DNA of 27,159 bases from a bacterium (GTDB lineage: Bacteria; Eisenbacteria; RBG-16-71-46): contig JAYWEM010000049.1 of assembly GCA_043779265.1 (NCBI GenBank), positions 1 to 27,159 of the forward strand, in the 5' to 3' direction. The notes beneath the pieces were generated by a model. It was given only the letters and a program-made list of their open reading frames with translations, was not told the DNA's origin and did not search any database. A program made the position numbers and the translations under genes. Shown here one piece after another: positions 1 to 8,568 of the stretch (positions are counted from its first letter, which is position 1; every line of letters starts with the position of its first letter).

Positions 1-252
1 CGCCATGCCGATCGCCGCCTCGGCGAGGCGGCGCACATCCGCATCCCGCCCTTCCGACGACGCCGGCAGGAAGCCGCCGGTATCGACGAGCACGAAGAAG
101 CGTCCGGCCCACTCGGCGCGAGCGGCGTTGCGGTCACGGGTGATCCCCGGCCGGTCATGAACCACGGCGATGCGCTCGCCCAGAACACGATTGAACAACG
201 TCGACTTGCCGACGTTCGGGCGACCGATGATGGTGACGACTGGAGCGGCCAT
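1..252 (-). CDS. der: Ribosome biogenesis GTPase Der/EngA, N-terminal part (runs off the left edge)
   Basis: Manual translation from ATG at 252: [41 protein letters not shown]...LVDTGG. The G1 (GRPNVGKS), G2 (PGITRD) and G3 (DTGG) motifs are typical of EngA GD1. Not in the ORF track because it is truncated. Confidence 0.93.
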   Translation of the reverse strand, partial: MAAPVVTIIGRPNVGKSTLFNRVLGERIAVVHDRPGITRDRNAARAEWAGRFFVLVDTGGFLPASSEGRDADVRRLAEAAIGMA

Positions 253-328
253 GGCTTCGCCTGGATGGGAGGTGCGATGGAATGACGACGGCGCGCCAGG
301 CACACGAAGTGGCCAGCGCGCCGCGACA

Positions 329-404
329 TGGAGCGGGCAACGGGGGTCGAACCCGCGACCTCAAGCTTGGGAAGCTAGCGCTCTACCAACTGAGCTATGC
401 CCGC
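329..404 (-). tRNA. tRNA-Gly (anticodon CCC), 76 nt, CCA encoded
   Basis: Reverse complement GCGGGCA TA GCTC AGTTGGTA GAGC G CTAGC TTCCCAA GCTTG AGGTC GCGGG TTCGACC CCCGT TGCCCGC T CCA folds into a cloverleaf. The U73 discriminator is typical of bacterial tRNA-Gly. Confidence 0.96.
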
Positions 405-429
405 GGAAATCGTAGTGTGCAACCGAGGC

Positions 430-459
430 ACGTTACGGAACGGCCGAGACAGGTGTCAA
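430..459 (-). promoter_or_regulatory. Putative sigma70 promoter for tRNA-Gly (and possibly der)
   Basis: Minus strand TTGACA (459-454, overlapping the miaA stop codon), 18-nt spacer, TAACGT (435-430), about 25 nt upstream of the tRNA. Confidence 0.6.
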
Positions 460-1406
460 ACACCCGGTTCGAGTCGCAGCATGCGGAGCGCCAGTTCGAG
501 CCACTCCCCGGCAGGCACGGCATCCGTGTCCAGGCGTTCCGCCTGCAGTTGATGGCGGAACCAGGTTCGCTGCCGCTTCGCCAGCTGGCGGGTGCGCAGG
601 TCGGTCGCGGCTCGCGCGGCGACTTCGTCGAGGCGGCCGTCCTGAAGTGCCATGGCCTCGTCGTAGCCGATCGCCCTCAGCCGCCGCAGCGCCTCCTCCC
701 CACCGCTCGAGCGGATGGCGCGTGTCTCATCGAGGAGTCCGTTCTCGAACATCCAACGCGTCCTCGATTCGATGCGCCCTGCCAGTGACGCGACCGATGC
801 CGTCAGTTCGAGCACCCGGAAGTCCGCCGTCAGGATCGGCTTCCGCGGATCCGCGTTCCACTCACTGAGCCGGCGCCCCGTCACTTCGAACACCTCGAGA
901 GCGCGGACGATGCGCTGCCGATCCCCAGCGGACAGCCGTTCGCCTGTGACCGGATCGGTCTGCCGCAGTCGCTCACGCAGTGGCGCGAGACCGCCTGCCT
1001 CGACCTCGGCTTCCAGCCTCGAGCGAACGCCCTCATCCCGGCCGGGTTCGCCGTGCAGCCCGTCGATCAATGCGCGCAGATAGAGCCCGGAGCCACCGAC
1101 CAGGATCGGGATCGCTCCAGCCTCCCAGCCGAGCACGCAACGCTCGGCGGCCGCGCGCGCCCACGCTCCGGCACTCGTGCCCTCGCCGAGACTCCTCCAG
1201 TCGAACAGGTGATGGGGCCTCGATGCACGCACCCGACGAGAAGGCTTACCCGTCCCGATGTCCAACTCGCGGAACACCTGCCGGGCGTCGGCGCACACGA
1301 CCTCACCCTGCAATCGCCCAGCCAACGACTCCGCCAGATCGGTCTTGCCGGTCGCCGTCGCCCCGGCGATCACGATGACCACGGGCGCGCCGAGTCCTCG
1401 GCTCAC
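456..1406 (-). CDS. miaA: tRNA (adenosine(37)-N6)-dimethylallyltransferase
   Basis: P-loop GATATGKT, DARQVFRELDIGTGKP, VGGSGLYLRAL, DRQRIVRALEV, AIGY, TRQLAKRQRTWFR. GTG start overlaps the mutL stop. The mutL-miaA order is a known conserved arrangement. Confidence 0.96.
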   Translation of the reverse strand: MSRGLGAPVVIVIAGATATGKTDLAESLAGRLQGEVVCADARQVFRELDIGTGKPSRRVRASRPHHLFDWRSLGEGTSAGAWARAAAERCVLGWEAGAIPILVGGSGLYLRALIDGLHGEPGRDEGVRSRLEAEVEAGGLAPLRERLRQTDPVTGERLSAGDRQRIVRALEVFEVTGRRLSEWNADPRKPILTADFRVLELTASVASLAGRIESRTRWMFENGLLDETRAIRSSGGEEALRRLRAIGYDEAMALQDGRLDEVAARAATDLRTRQLAKRQRTWFRHQLQAERLDTDAVPAGEWLELALRMLRLEPGV

Positions 1407-3157
1407 GACCGACCGAAACGCCGATGAAGCTCCTCGAGGTCCATCCGCACGAAGGTCGGTCGGCCATGCGGGTCACCGTGCGGACGACTGGTCGCGAACA
1501 ACCGATCGACCAGTGAACGCATCTCCTCACGAGACAGAGCGTCGCCGGCGCGCCATGCGGCATGGCAGGCGTGCGAGCACGCCAGGCGCTCGAGCAGGTC
1601 GTCCTGCGAAGTCGGGCCACCCTCGGCGAGCCCATCGAGAACGTCCCGAAGCAACTGCGAGGGGTCGCGGACCGGAATCTCGGAGGGCACGCCGCGAAGA
1701 GCAGCGGTCGGCGGACTCATCGGAGCGACATCCCATCCCAGCTGAGTCAGCAGCGGGCCGACCTCGAGGAGCCATTCGTACTGGGCGTGCGACAGATCGA
1801 CCACGATCGGGAACAGCAGCCCCTGCGAGGCGCCCCGCTGTCCGAGCAGCCGCTCACGCGCAGATTCGTAGAGGATGCGCTCATGTGCCGCATGCTGATC
1901 GATCATCACGAGCCCGCCACGCACAGGCGCGAGGATGTACGTGCGATGGAGCTGCCAGAACTCGGGTTCCGGCGCACCGGGCTCGGGTCCCGAACCCTCC
2001 TCGACCAGCACGGCGCTCGCACTCGGCGGCAGGATCGGCGAAGCAGTTGTGGACAGCGCGAGGCCGAGTTGGTCGCGATCCACCGGGCGCTCTCGCACAC
2101 TCTCGGCCCAGCTCGGCTGCGCGGCATCACCGCCCCCCGACACGACCGTGAATGGCGGATAGAGCGACGTGAGCGGCTGCGCACAGGCGGATGCGACCAG
2201 CGAGAACACGGAGTCGTCGTCCGCGAAACGGACCTCCCGCTTGGTCGGATGGACGTTCACATCGAGACGATCGGCGGGCACATCGAGCCACACGACCGCT
2301 GCCGGGAATCGACCCGAGGGCAACAGATTCCCGTAGGCGTGTCGAAGCGCCTGGGAGAGCGCCGGACTCGTCACCCAACGTCCATTGACGAGGAACACCT
2401 GTCCTTCCCGAGTCGCACGAGCATGCTCGGGAAGGCCGAGCAGGGCCGCGACGCGCATGCCGGCTCGCTCGCCGCTCGCCTCGAGCAGTTGGTCCGCGTG
2501 GCGTGCGCCCTGGATCTGCGCTGCTCGCTCGCGGCGCGTCTGCGCGGGGCCCCAGTCGAACCGGTCCCGCTCGTCGACGCGAAGCCGGAACGCCACATCG
2601 GGGCATGCGAAGGCGTAAGCCTCGAGCATCCGCATCGCGGCTCGCAACTCCCCGCTCGGCGAGTTCAGGAACTTGCGCCGCGCCGGCGTGTTGAAGAACA
2701 GATCGCGAACTTCGAGTGTCGTGCCCGTCGCACGTGCCACTTCGCCTCGTTCGAGTTCGCGCCCACCCTCGACTGAAACGAACGACCCCGCCACGGCCTC
2801 AGCGGTGCGAGACGTGATGCGCAGTCGACTCACGGCGGAGATCGAGGGCAGAGCCTCGCCTCGGAAGCCGAGCGTCGTCAGGTGGTCGAGATCGTCGAAC
2901 TCGGTCAGTTTCGACGTGGCGTGGCGTTCCAAAGCCAGATCGAGGTCCTCCGGTGAGATCCCGGCCCCGTCGTCGGCGACCGTGAACGCATGGTCCAGCG
3001 ACTTCTCGACACGGACCTCGATGGAGCGCGCTCCGGCATCCAGCGCATTCTCGACCACTTCCTTGAGCGCCGAGAGTGGGCGCTCGATCACCTCACCTGC
3101 GGCGATGCGCGAGGCGGTGTCGGGGGGAAGTCGGCGGATCCGAGCGAGCACGGGCAT
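1403..3157 (-). CDS. mutL: DNA mismatch repair endonuclease MutL
   Basis: IAAGEVIERP, KEVVENALDAGA, RHATSK, LGFRGEAL, DVNVHPTKREVRF. Endonuclease motif DQHAAHERILYE, clamp-binding QGLLFP, C-terminal PHGRP. Confidence 0.97.
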   Translation of the reverse strand: MPVLARIRRLPPDTASRIAAGEVIERPLSALKEVVENALDAGARSIEVRVEKSLDHAFTVADDGAGISPEDLDLALERHATSKLTEFDDLDHLTTLGFRGEALPSISAVSRLRITSRTAEAVAGSFVSVEGGRELERGEVARATGTTLEVRDLFFNTPARRKFLNSPSGELRAAMRMLEAYAFACPDVAFRLRVDERDRFDWGPAQTRRERAAQIQGARHADQLLEASGERAGMRVAALLGLPEHARATREGQVFLVNGRWVTSPALSQALRHAYGNLLPSGRFPAAVVWLDVPADRLDVNVHPTKREVRFADDDSVFSLVASACAQPLTSLYPPFTVVSGGGDAAQPSWAESVRERPVDRDQLGLALSTTASPILPPSASAVLVEEGSGPEPGAPEPEFWQLHRTYILAPVRGGLVMIDQHAAHERILYESARERLLGQRGASQGLLFPIVVDLSHAQYEWLLEVGPLLTQLGWDVAPMSPPTAALRGVPSEIPVRDPSQLLRDVLDGLAEGGPTSQDDLLERLACSHACHAAWRAGDALSREEMRSLVDRLFATSRPHGDPHGRPTFVRMDLEELHRRFGRS

Positions 3158-3210
3158 CTCCTGTTCGCGGAAGGCGGAACAGGATGCGGGCGTGCTCGTG
3201 CAGCGGTCAA
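3154..3210 (-). promoter_or_regulatory. Putative mutL promoter overlapping an SD/AUG-sequestering hairpin
   Basis: Minus strand TTGACC (3210-3205), 18-nt spacer, CATCCT (3186-3181). Inverted repeat GCATCCTGTTC...GAACAGGAGATGC covers the SD (AGGAG) and the ATG. Confidence 0.45.
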
Positions 3211-3232
3211 GCCTCTCGTCGGTGAAGCGGCG

Positions 3233-4561
3233 TCAGTGAGGCGCCAGCCACACGGCTGCGGCGCTCAGGAACGCCTCGGCGTCCTCGGGCCCCTGCAGTG
3301 GCACGTGCTGATCCACCAGCGCCGGAGCCGGACCGAGTCCGCCCTCGTCCTTCCAGGCGGTATCCCACAGCGCCAATAAGCGCCGGCGCAGATGGAGGAA
3401 CGCCTCCGGGGGGCCGGCGATCAACAGCATCAAGCCGCGATCGCCGACACGGCACAGGCGATCGGAGTCACGCAACTGACTCGGCAACCAGTGGGTCAAA
3501 CGTTCCACGGCGCGAGGCGCATCGGGGAGATCGAGGCGATGCAACTCGAACCGCATCCGGTCCCGACGGTTCCGGTCCAGCGCCAGCTCGATCCGGTTGC
3601 GGAAGTCGACTGTCGGCAGCCAACCGGCCTCGCGCTGCGGCGTGAGCGGGAACGCCGCACTCGCACGCTCGCGATCCTCCTCATCCCACGTCGTGCGCAG
3701 GTCATCCACCATGTGCGCCCACGCGCCGAGGTCCTGTCCGGCATCGATGGCACCCGCGGCGAGCACGCCCTTGCGAGTCGTCGTGCGGAACGGCCACGCG
3801 CCCCACAACTTGCCCTTGCCCGGTTCGGAGACGAGCTTCACGACCTGGGGCGTCCCGAGCTCCATGGCGAGGTCGATGAGCCCGCGCAACAGCCGGTCCT
3901 CGGGACCGACCTGGGCCACGAGCGACAACTCCCCCCCTTCGGCGGTATGCAACTCGGCCGTTCCAGCACCGCTGCCCATGACGAGCGCCTTGATCGCATC
4001 CTCGAGACGCGCCCGCGCCTCTCGTGAGGGGAAGTCCCCGAAGTCGGCCACCAGCATGCGCGGCCGATGCTGAGCATGGTGGATGGTCGGCGCGAGTGGG
4101 CTCTCATCGTGGAGATCGGGAAGTGCGTCAGCGAGCACGGAGTCGAGGACCCCACCGCTCAGGCTCTGCTCGAACGCGGCGGCATGAAGGGCCAGCGGCG
4201 CCTCGATGCCGTGCGGCGCCTCGTTGGGATCTCCCGCCAGGAACTCCTGCGGCGTCTGACAAGGCGTTCCCAGTGCGAGCAGCAGGCTCTCCAGCTGCGT
4301 GCGCCGGGAACTGCCCTCACCCACCAGGGCGACGTCGAAGATCTCCCGTGTGAGGTCGGCCAGATCGAGCGTTCTCGGCAGGCCGCACATCTCGGCCACC
4401 CGCACGCCCGGGTCCTGTGCGCGCTCACCCGCCACCAGGCGCACCGAGACTCCCGGGCGCTGCATCAGGGAAGGCAGCAGATCGGCATCGGCCCAATCCA
4501 GATCCACCAACACGATCCGGGTCGGCGCGGCACTCACTGGGTCTTGCGGCATCAAGGCCAT
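3233..4561 (-). CDS. Putative c-di-GMP receptor: N-terminal Rossmann-like domain, GAF-like domain and degenerate GGDEF domain
   Basis: 442 aa with SD AGGAGG. The C-terminal GWLPTVDFRNRIELALDRNRRDRMRFELHRLD...LRDSDRLCRVGDRGLMLLI follows the GGDEF pattern: RxxD-xxx-R-x spacing is kept, but GGDEF is replaced by GDRGL. Confidence 0.6.
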   Translation of the reverse strand: MALMPQDPVSAAPTRIVLVDLDWADADLLPSLMQRPGVSVRLVAGERAQDPGVRVAEMCGLPRTLDLADLTREIFDVALVGEGSSRRTQLESLLLALGTPCQTPQEFLAGDPNEAPHGIEAPLALHAAAFEQSLSGGVLDSVLADALPDLHDESPLAPTIHHAQHRPRMLVADFGDFPSREARARLEDAIKALVMGSGAGTAELHTAEGGELSLVAQVGPEDRLLRGLIDLAMELGTPQVVKLVSEPGKGKLWGAWPFRTTTRKGVLAAGAIDAGQDLGAWAHMVDDLRTTWDEEDRERASAAFPLTPQREAGWLPTVDFRNRIELALDRNRRDRMRFELHRLDLPDAPRAVERLTHWLPSQLRDSDRLCRVGDRGLMLLIAGPPEAFLHLRRRLLALWDTAWKDEGGLGPAPALVDQHVPLQGPEDAEAFLSAAAVWLAPH

Positions 4562-4659
4562 CCGGGACTCCTCCTGTCCAAGGAGATGTTCGCACGGAAC
4601 ATACCATCGGCCGATTCCGGCCCGAGTCGCACGGAGATGGAGGTTGGGACCACGGAATC

Positions 4660-4694
4660 GGCCCTCGACCGTGCAGGACGCACGGTCGAGGGCC
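4660..4694. terminator. Perfect 15-bp hairpin downstream of the ppiD-like gene (terminator-like, no U-tract)
   Basis: GGCCCTCGACCGTGC-AGGAC-GCACGGTCGAGGGCC. Confidence 0.55.
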
Positions 4695-4740
4695 CCCGTT
4701 GCATGCAGCTTGGAGATACCCGCGGGCGATTCCGCCCTCG

Positions 4741-7725
4741 TCAGCGCCTGGCGCCGCTCACGTCGATCGCACGTGCCTCGGGAAGGGGCGTATCACGCAG
4801 AGCCGCATCGTGGATCCGGACCGCGTGACGCATGGCCAGTTCGGCGAAGTGGCGCCTCATCGCGCTCTCGATGTGCTCGCCGCGAAGCTGCTGCATCCGC
4901 ACTTGCACACTCTGGATGTCAGGAACGTGCCGCTGCATCACAGTCACTTGAACCAGTCCGCCATGCACCTCGATCCATGCGCTCGACTGACCGATTTTGG
5001 CGGCGGGTCGCGACTTGTTCCCGAACACGAACGCATCGACCTCCTGCGTGGCGCCGAGCGCCTTGATCTCTCGACCGGGTGTGAGGTCGGGGACTTGCGT
5101 CGAACCACCCCACAGCGCCGCCACGGAGTCCGCTGACCACCCGGCCGCGCGGAGCGAGTCGATTTCGGCTCGCTTCGCCTCGAGTGCGCGCTTGCCGGCA
5201 CCGGCCCGGAACTCGATCAGCGCGCGTGGTCGGGCTTCCTCCCACGTTGGGATGCGAGGAGGCGAGAGGCTGTCGACCCAGGCCACCCACGCGCCGGAGC
5301 CGCGCGCGCGGAAGGCCGGGCGAAGGATCTCCCCCGCCTTCAGTTTCTCGAGCGCATCGAAGAAGGGACGTACCTGGGAGCTGTTGATGTAATCCCCGAT
5401 CCGGTGCTGGAACTGGAGCACCTCGAAGCCCGACCGCTCGACCGCTGCCTTCAGAGCCTTGGGATCGCGATGCACGCGAATCAGACTGTCCGCTCGAAGC
5501 ACGGCGAGCGAATCGGCCTTCACACGCGCCAGATCCGACGCGACGTTCGCGTACACGAGGTCCAGCGGCTGGATGATCTCCGGCTCGTACTCGACGCACA
5601 GGATGATGTGATAGCCGGCCTGGGTTCGCACGAGCCCGCTCATCTGGCCGGGGCGCAGGGTGAAAGCGACCGTCTCGAAGCCCGGCAGCATCACGCCTCG
5701 CCCGAACGTCCCGAGTTCGCCGCCATGATCGCGCGTCGGCTCATCGTCAGAGGCCTCCCTCGCGACCTTCGCGAAGTCCTCACCTCCTCGCACCCGGGCC
5801 AGCAGGGCTTCCGCCTTGATCCGCGCGGCGCGATCCGAAGCATCGCTCGATGTCGTCGGCGACACGAGGATGTGCCGCGCACGCATCTGCTCGGGGGCGC
5901 TGAACTGGGCCACCTTCGTGCGGAACCACGACTCGACCTCGGCGCGCGTGAGCGGCACATCCATGAGCGCCGTCGGGAGGATGTTCGCACGGCCGACCGA
6001 GAGGATGTCCCCCGCCTTGAACAGGGAGGGATCGGCGTCAAAGAGAGCGCGCGCGCCCCGCTCCTCTCGAAGCGCCCAGTCGGCCTCGAATGCGCGCTGC
6101 ACCGCCGGCCTCGCCTGCTGATAAGTCGGAACGTGCCGGCGCACGTGCTCGAACTTGTGCCACACGGCGAATCCACCCCCGACCGGGGCGATCCCCACTG
6201 AGCGATCGTCCTCCGCCCTCCACAGGAGTGGAGCGAGATCGGTTCCGACGGACGTCAGGTCGAGCCCGGCACCGCGCGGGGTGGCTTCGGACTCTTGAAG
6301 ACTCGATTCGCGCTCGAGCGAAGGCTCACGCTTCCCGGCGACCCAGGCACGGTGGATCCGCTCCGCCTGCGCACGGGCAGCCTCGACGCGACGCTCGGTG
6401 CGAAGTCGCTGGAGCGCATCCTCCCGCACCTCCGCCAAGGGAGTCGCCACGATGCGGCCCGCTTCCGAGTCGAACCGCGAGTAGTCCGCCAGCCGAGAGC
6501 GATAGTAGCGCTCGATGTCCGAAGCCGAGGGCTCGGGCACTCGGATGGTCTGGGGGTCGGCGAACACCCATCGCACACGCCACGCCTCGCCGGCCATCGT
6601 ATCCCGCATGGCGGAGTGGAGATCGCGCATCGCGTACTCGACATGGTTGCGCTTGAGATCGTCCCTCAGCTGGCCGCGGATCTCCTTGGCCACTTCCGAG
6701 ATATCCGCAAGGTGGGCATCCGAGCGATCATCCAGGCGCACGACGAGGAAACCCTCGGTCGCAGCCACCGGGCTTGGCAAGTAGGTGCCGCGCTTCGCTG
6801 CGAAGAGCGCCTCGACGTCCGCAGCGGTACCGTTCCAGAAAGCGGGCAGTCGAGTGCGGATCGCGCTGATCTTGGGTCGAACGCCCCCGTGGGGGATCGC
6901 GAGCACCTCGAGATCGGCGCCCGCCCTCGCTGCGTGCAGCAGGCTATCCGCAGAGTGGCGCATGCGGGCCGTCCACTCCCTGACGCGAGTCCCATCCTTG
7001 CGCTCGTCGGGGCTCAGCCCCGGCGTGTTGACGATCACGATGCTGAGCGTGAGCTGGTCGGGCCGCTGATAGCTGGCGCGATCGCGACGATACCGATCCA
7101 CCACCGCCTGTTCACGCGGCTCGGGGAAGGTCCCCTCGAACTCGCCGGTGGGAAGCAGCAGGTAGGCCAGATCCGCACGGCCCATCTGCCGCTCCGCTTC
7201 GCTGCGGAGCTGAGCCTCACTCGGCGTGAAGCGCTTCACGAGTTGCTCCGTCATGCGCTGTCCCGACAACTGACCTCGCATGCGATCGACCGCCGCCTCG
7301 AACTGGGCCTTCTGATTGGCCTTGATGGTGAGCCAGCGAGGTTCGTCGAATCGTCCGCCCGGGTTGAACACGGGTTCGTTGCGCAGCGCGGCTTCGGCCT
7401 CCGCGATCGGAACGAGCGCGCCAGTCCGGCGAGCCTCGAGCGCGACCAGTTCGCCGCGGATCGCGCCCTCGAGCACCTGCCGCCGAAGCGTGCTGCGCGC
7501 TTCCGCCGGCAGCACGACGCCGCGCGACGCGTACTGCTGCTGCGCAGCGCTGACGCGCCGCTCGAACTCATCGGCTTCGATTCGCTGGGTGCCGACCGTC
7601 GCCACGGCTCTCGATGACGATGAGGCGCTGCCGCTCGGAGGGGCCTGGGCGAGTGCCACCCAGACTTGCGCAACCACTCCCATCACTCCGATCACTGCGA
7701 CCGCTGTTCGCACCCTTGCGACCAT
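4741..7725 (-). CDS. Large PpiD/SurA-like periplasmic foldase (parvulin/PpiC-type peptidyl-prolyl isomerase)
   Basis: N-terminal hydrophobic segment; SurA-N-like VATVGTQRI...RRQVLEGAIRGELVALEARRTG; PpiD-like FNPGGRFD; parvulin domain RARHILV...FAKVAREASDD..TRDHGGELGTF...FETVAFTL..GQMSGLVRTQAGYHII; SD GGAGG. Confidence 0.85.
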   Translation of the reverse strand: MVARVRTAVAVIGVMGVVAQVWVALAQAPPSGSASSSSRAVATVGTQRIEADEFERRVSAAQQQYASRGVVLPAEARSTLRRQVLEGAIRGELVALEARRTGALVPIAEAEAALRNEPVFNPGGRFDEPRWLTIKANQKAQFEAAVDRMRGQLSGQRMTEQLVKRFTPSEAQLRSEAERQMGRADLAYLLLPTGEFEGTFPEPREQAVVDRYRRDRASYQRPDQLTLSIVIVNTPGLSPDERKDGTRVREWTARMRHSADSLLHAARAGADLEVLAIPHGGVRPKISAIRTRLPAFWNGTAADVEALFAAKRGTYLPSPVAATEGFLVVRLDDRSDAHLADISEVAKEIRGQLRDDLKRNHVEYAMRDLHSAMRDTMAGEAWRVRWVFADPQTIRVPEPSASDIERYYRSRLADYSRFDSEAGRIVATPLAEVREDALQRLRTERRVEAARAQAERIHRAWVAGKREPSLERESSLQESEATPRGAGLDLTSVGTDLAPLLWRAEDDRSVGIAPVGGGFAVWHKFEHVRRHVPTYQQARPAVQRAFEADWALREERGARALFDADPSLFKAGDILSVGRANILPTALMDVPLTRAEVESWFRTKVAQFSAPEQMRARHILVSPTTSSDASDRAARIKAEALLARVRGGEDFAKVAREASDDEPTRDHGGELGTFGRGVMLPGFETVAFTLRPGQMSGLVRTQAGYHIILCVEYEPEIIQPLDLVYANVASDLARVKADSLAVLRADSLIRVHRDPKALKAAVERSGFEVLQFQHRIGDYINSSQVRPFFDALEKLKAGEILRPAFRARGSGAWVAWVDSLSPPRIPTWEEARPRALIEFRAGAGKRALEAKRAEIDSLRAAGWSADSVAALWGGSTQVPDLTPGREIKALGATQEVDAFVFGNKSRPAAKIGQSSAWIEVHGGLVQVTVMQRHVPDIQSVQVRMQQLRGEHIESAMRRHFAELAMRHAVRIHDAALRDTPLPEARAIDVSGARR

Positions 7726-7747
7726 GTGGATCCTCCGCCGGAAGCGC

Positions 7748-7785
7748 TTGACGCGCCCTGCTCGGCCTCTCTAGCGTCCGAGCCC
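7748..7785 (+). promoter_or_regulatory. Putative sigma70 promoter giving a leaderless pgeF mRNA
   Basis: TTGACG (7748-7753), 18 nt, TAGCGT (7772-7777), 8 nt, ATG (7786); no SD. Confidence 0.55.
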
Positions 7786-8535
7786 ATGTGGACACTCGCC
7801 TCGGACCGACTTGTTCCGCACTGGCGCCTCGCAGCGGACGACCCGCGCCAGGCGTTGATCTTCAGTACACGACAAGGCGGCTTGAGTCCTCCGCCCTATG
7901 ACTCCCTGAACCTCGGACGTTCGACCGAGGACGATCCGGACTCCGTCACCGCCAATCGCGATCGCATCCTGCGAGAGGCGGCACTCGATCCGGTGCGACT
8001 GGTGACCGCGGGCCAGGTGCACGGTGCGCGGATCGTCGAGGTCGACTCACCCGGTCATGTTCCCGAGTGCGATGCCCTCGTGACCCGTTCACGCGGTCTG
8101 GTGCTCGCGGTCACGACCGCGGACTGCTTGTCGTTGCTCTACTCGGCTCCGGATGCCGTCGCTGCTGCCCACGCGGGGTGGCGTGGTGTGGACGCCGGGA
8201 TGTGCGAAGCGGCACTCGAGGCTGTCTGTCGAGTCTCCGCTTGCACTCCCGAAGCGGTCACCGTGCATCTGGGTCCCGCCATCCGGGGTTGTTGCTATGA
8301 AGTCGGACCCGAGGTCGCCGATCGCTTCCCCGAGGCCGCTCTCGATCGGAGCCATGGCACCCTTCGCCTCGACCTTCCGACGGCCGCCCGCCAGAGACTG
8401 GCGACCCTGGGACTGCCAGAGACTCGGATCCACGACACCGGTGCCTGCACCTTCTGCGAGCCCCACTGGTACTTCTCCCATCGCCGGGACCACGGGCGCA
8501 CGGGTCGCCACTGGGCGATCGCCGCACGCCGCTGA
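7786..8535 (+). CDS. pgeF: PgeF/YfiH family protein (peptidoglycan editing factor, laccase-domain purine nucleoside enzyme)
   Basis: FSTRQGGLS..PYDSLNLG, QVHG, DALVT, TADC, AHAGWRG, GPAIRGCCYEVG, CT.C..W.FSHRR. Start moved from 7666 to ATG 7786 to remove the overlap with the divergent gene. Confidence 0.93.
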   Translation: MWTLASDRLVPHWRLAADDPRQALIFSTRQGGLSPPPYDSLNLGRSTEDDPDSVTANRDRILREAALDPVRLVTAGQVHGARIVEVDSPGHVPECDALVTRSRGLVLAVTTADCLSLLYSAPDAVAAAHAGWRGVDAGMCEAALEAVCRVSACTPEAVTVHLGPAIRGCCYEVGPEVADRFPEAALDRSHGTLRLDLPTAARQRLATLGLPETRIHDTGACTFCEPHWYFSHRRDHGRTGRHWAIAARR

Positions 8536-8568
8536 GGTCCGGGCTTCGAGCCCAGTCGGACCAGCGGC
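8528..8568. terminator. Imperfect long hairpin between the convergent pgeF and M28 genes
   Basis: Nested stems GCCGCT/AGCGGC, GGTCC/GGACC and GGGCT-TCG-AGCCC. Confidence 0.45.

Noticed and set aside
329..404. tRNA-Gly as an integration site for a genomic island
   Set aside because: I saw no integrase, no duplicated tRNA 3' end and no compositional shift, and the flanks are core genes. The single U-U mismatch in the anticodon stem is within normal variation.
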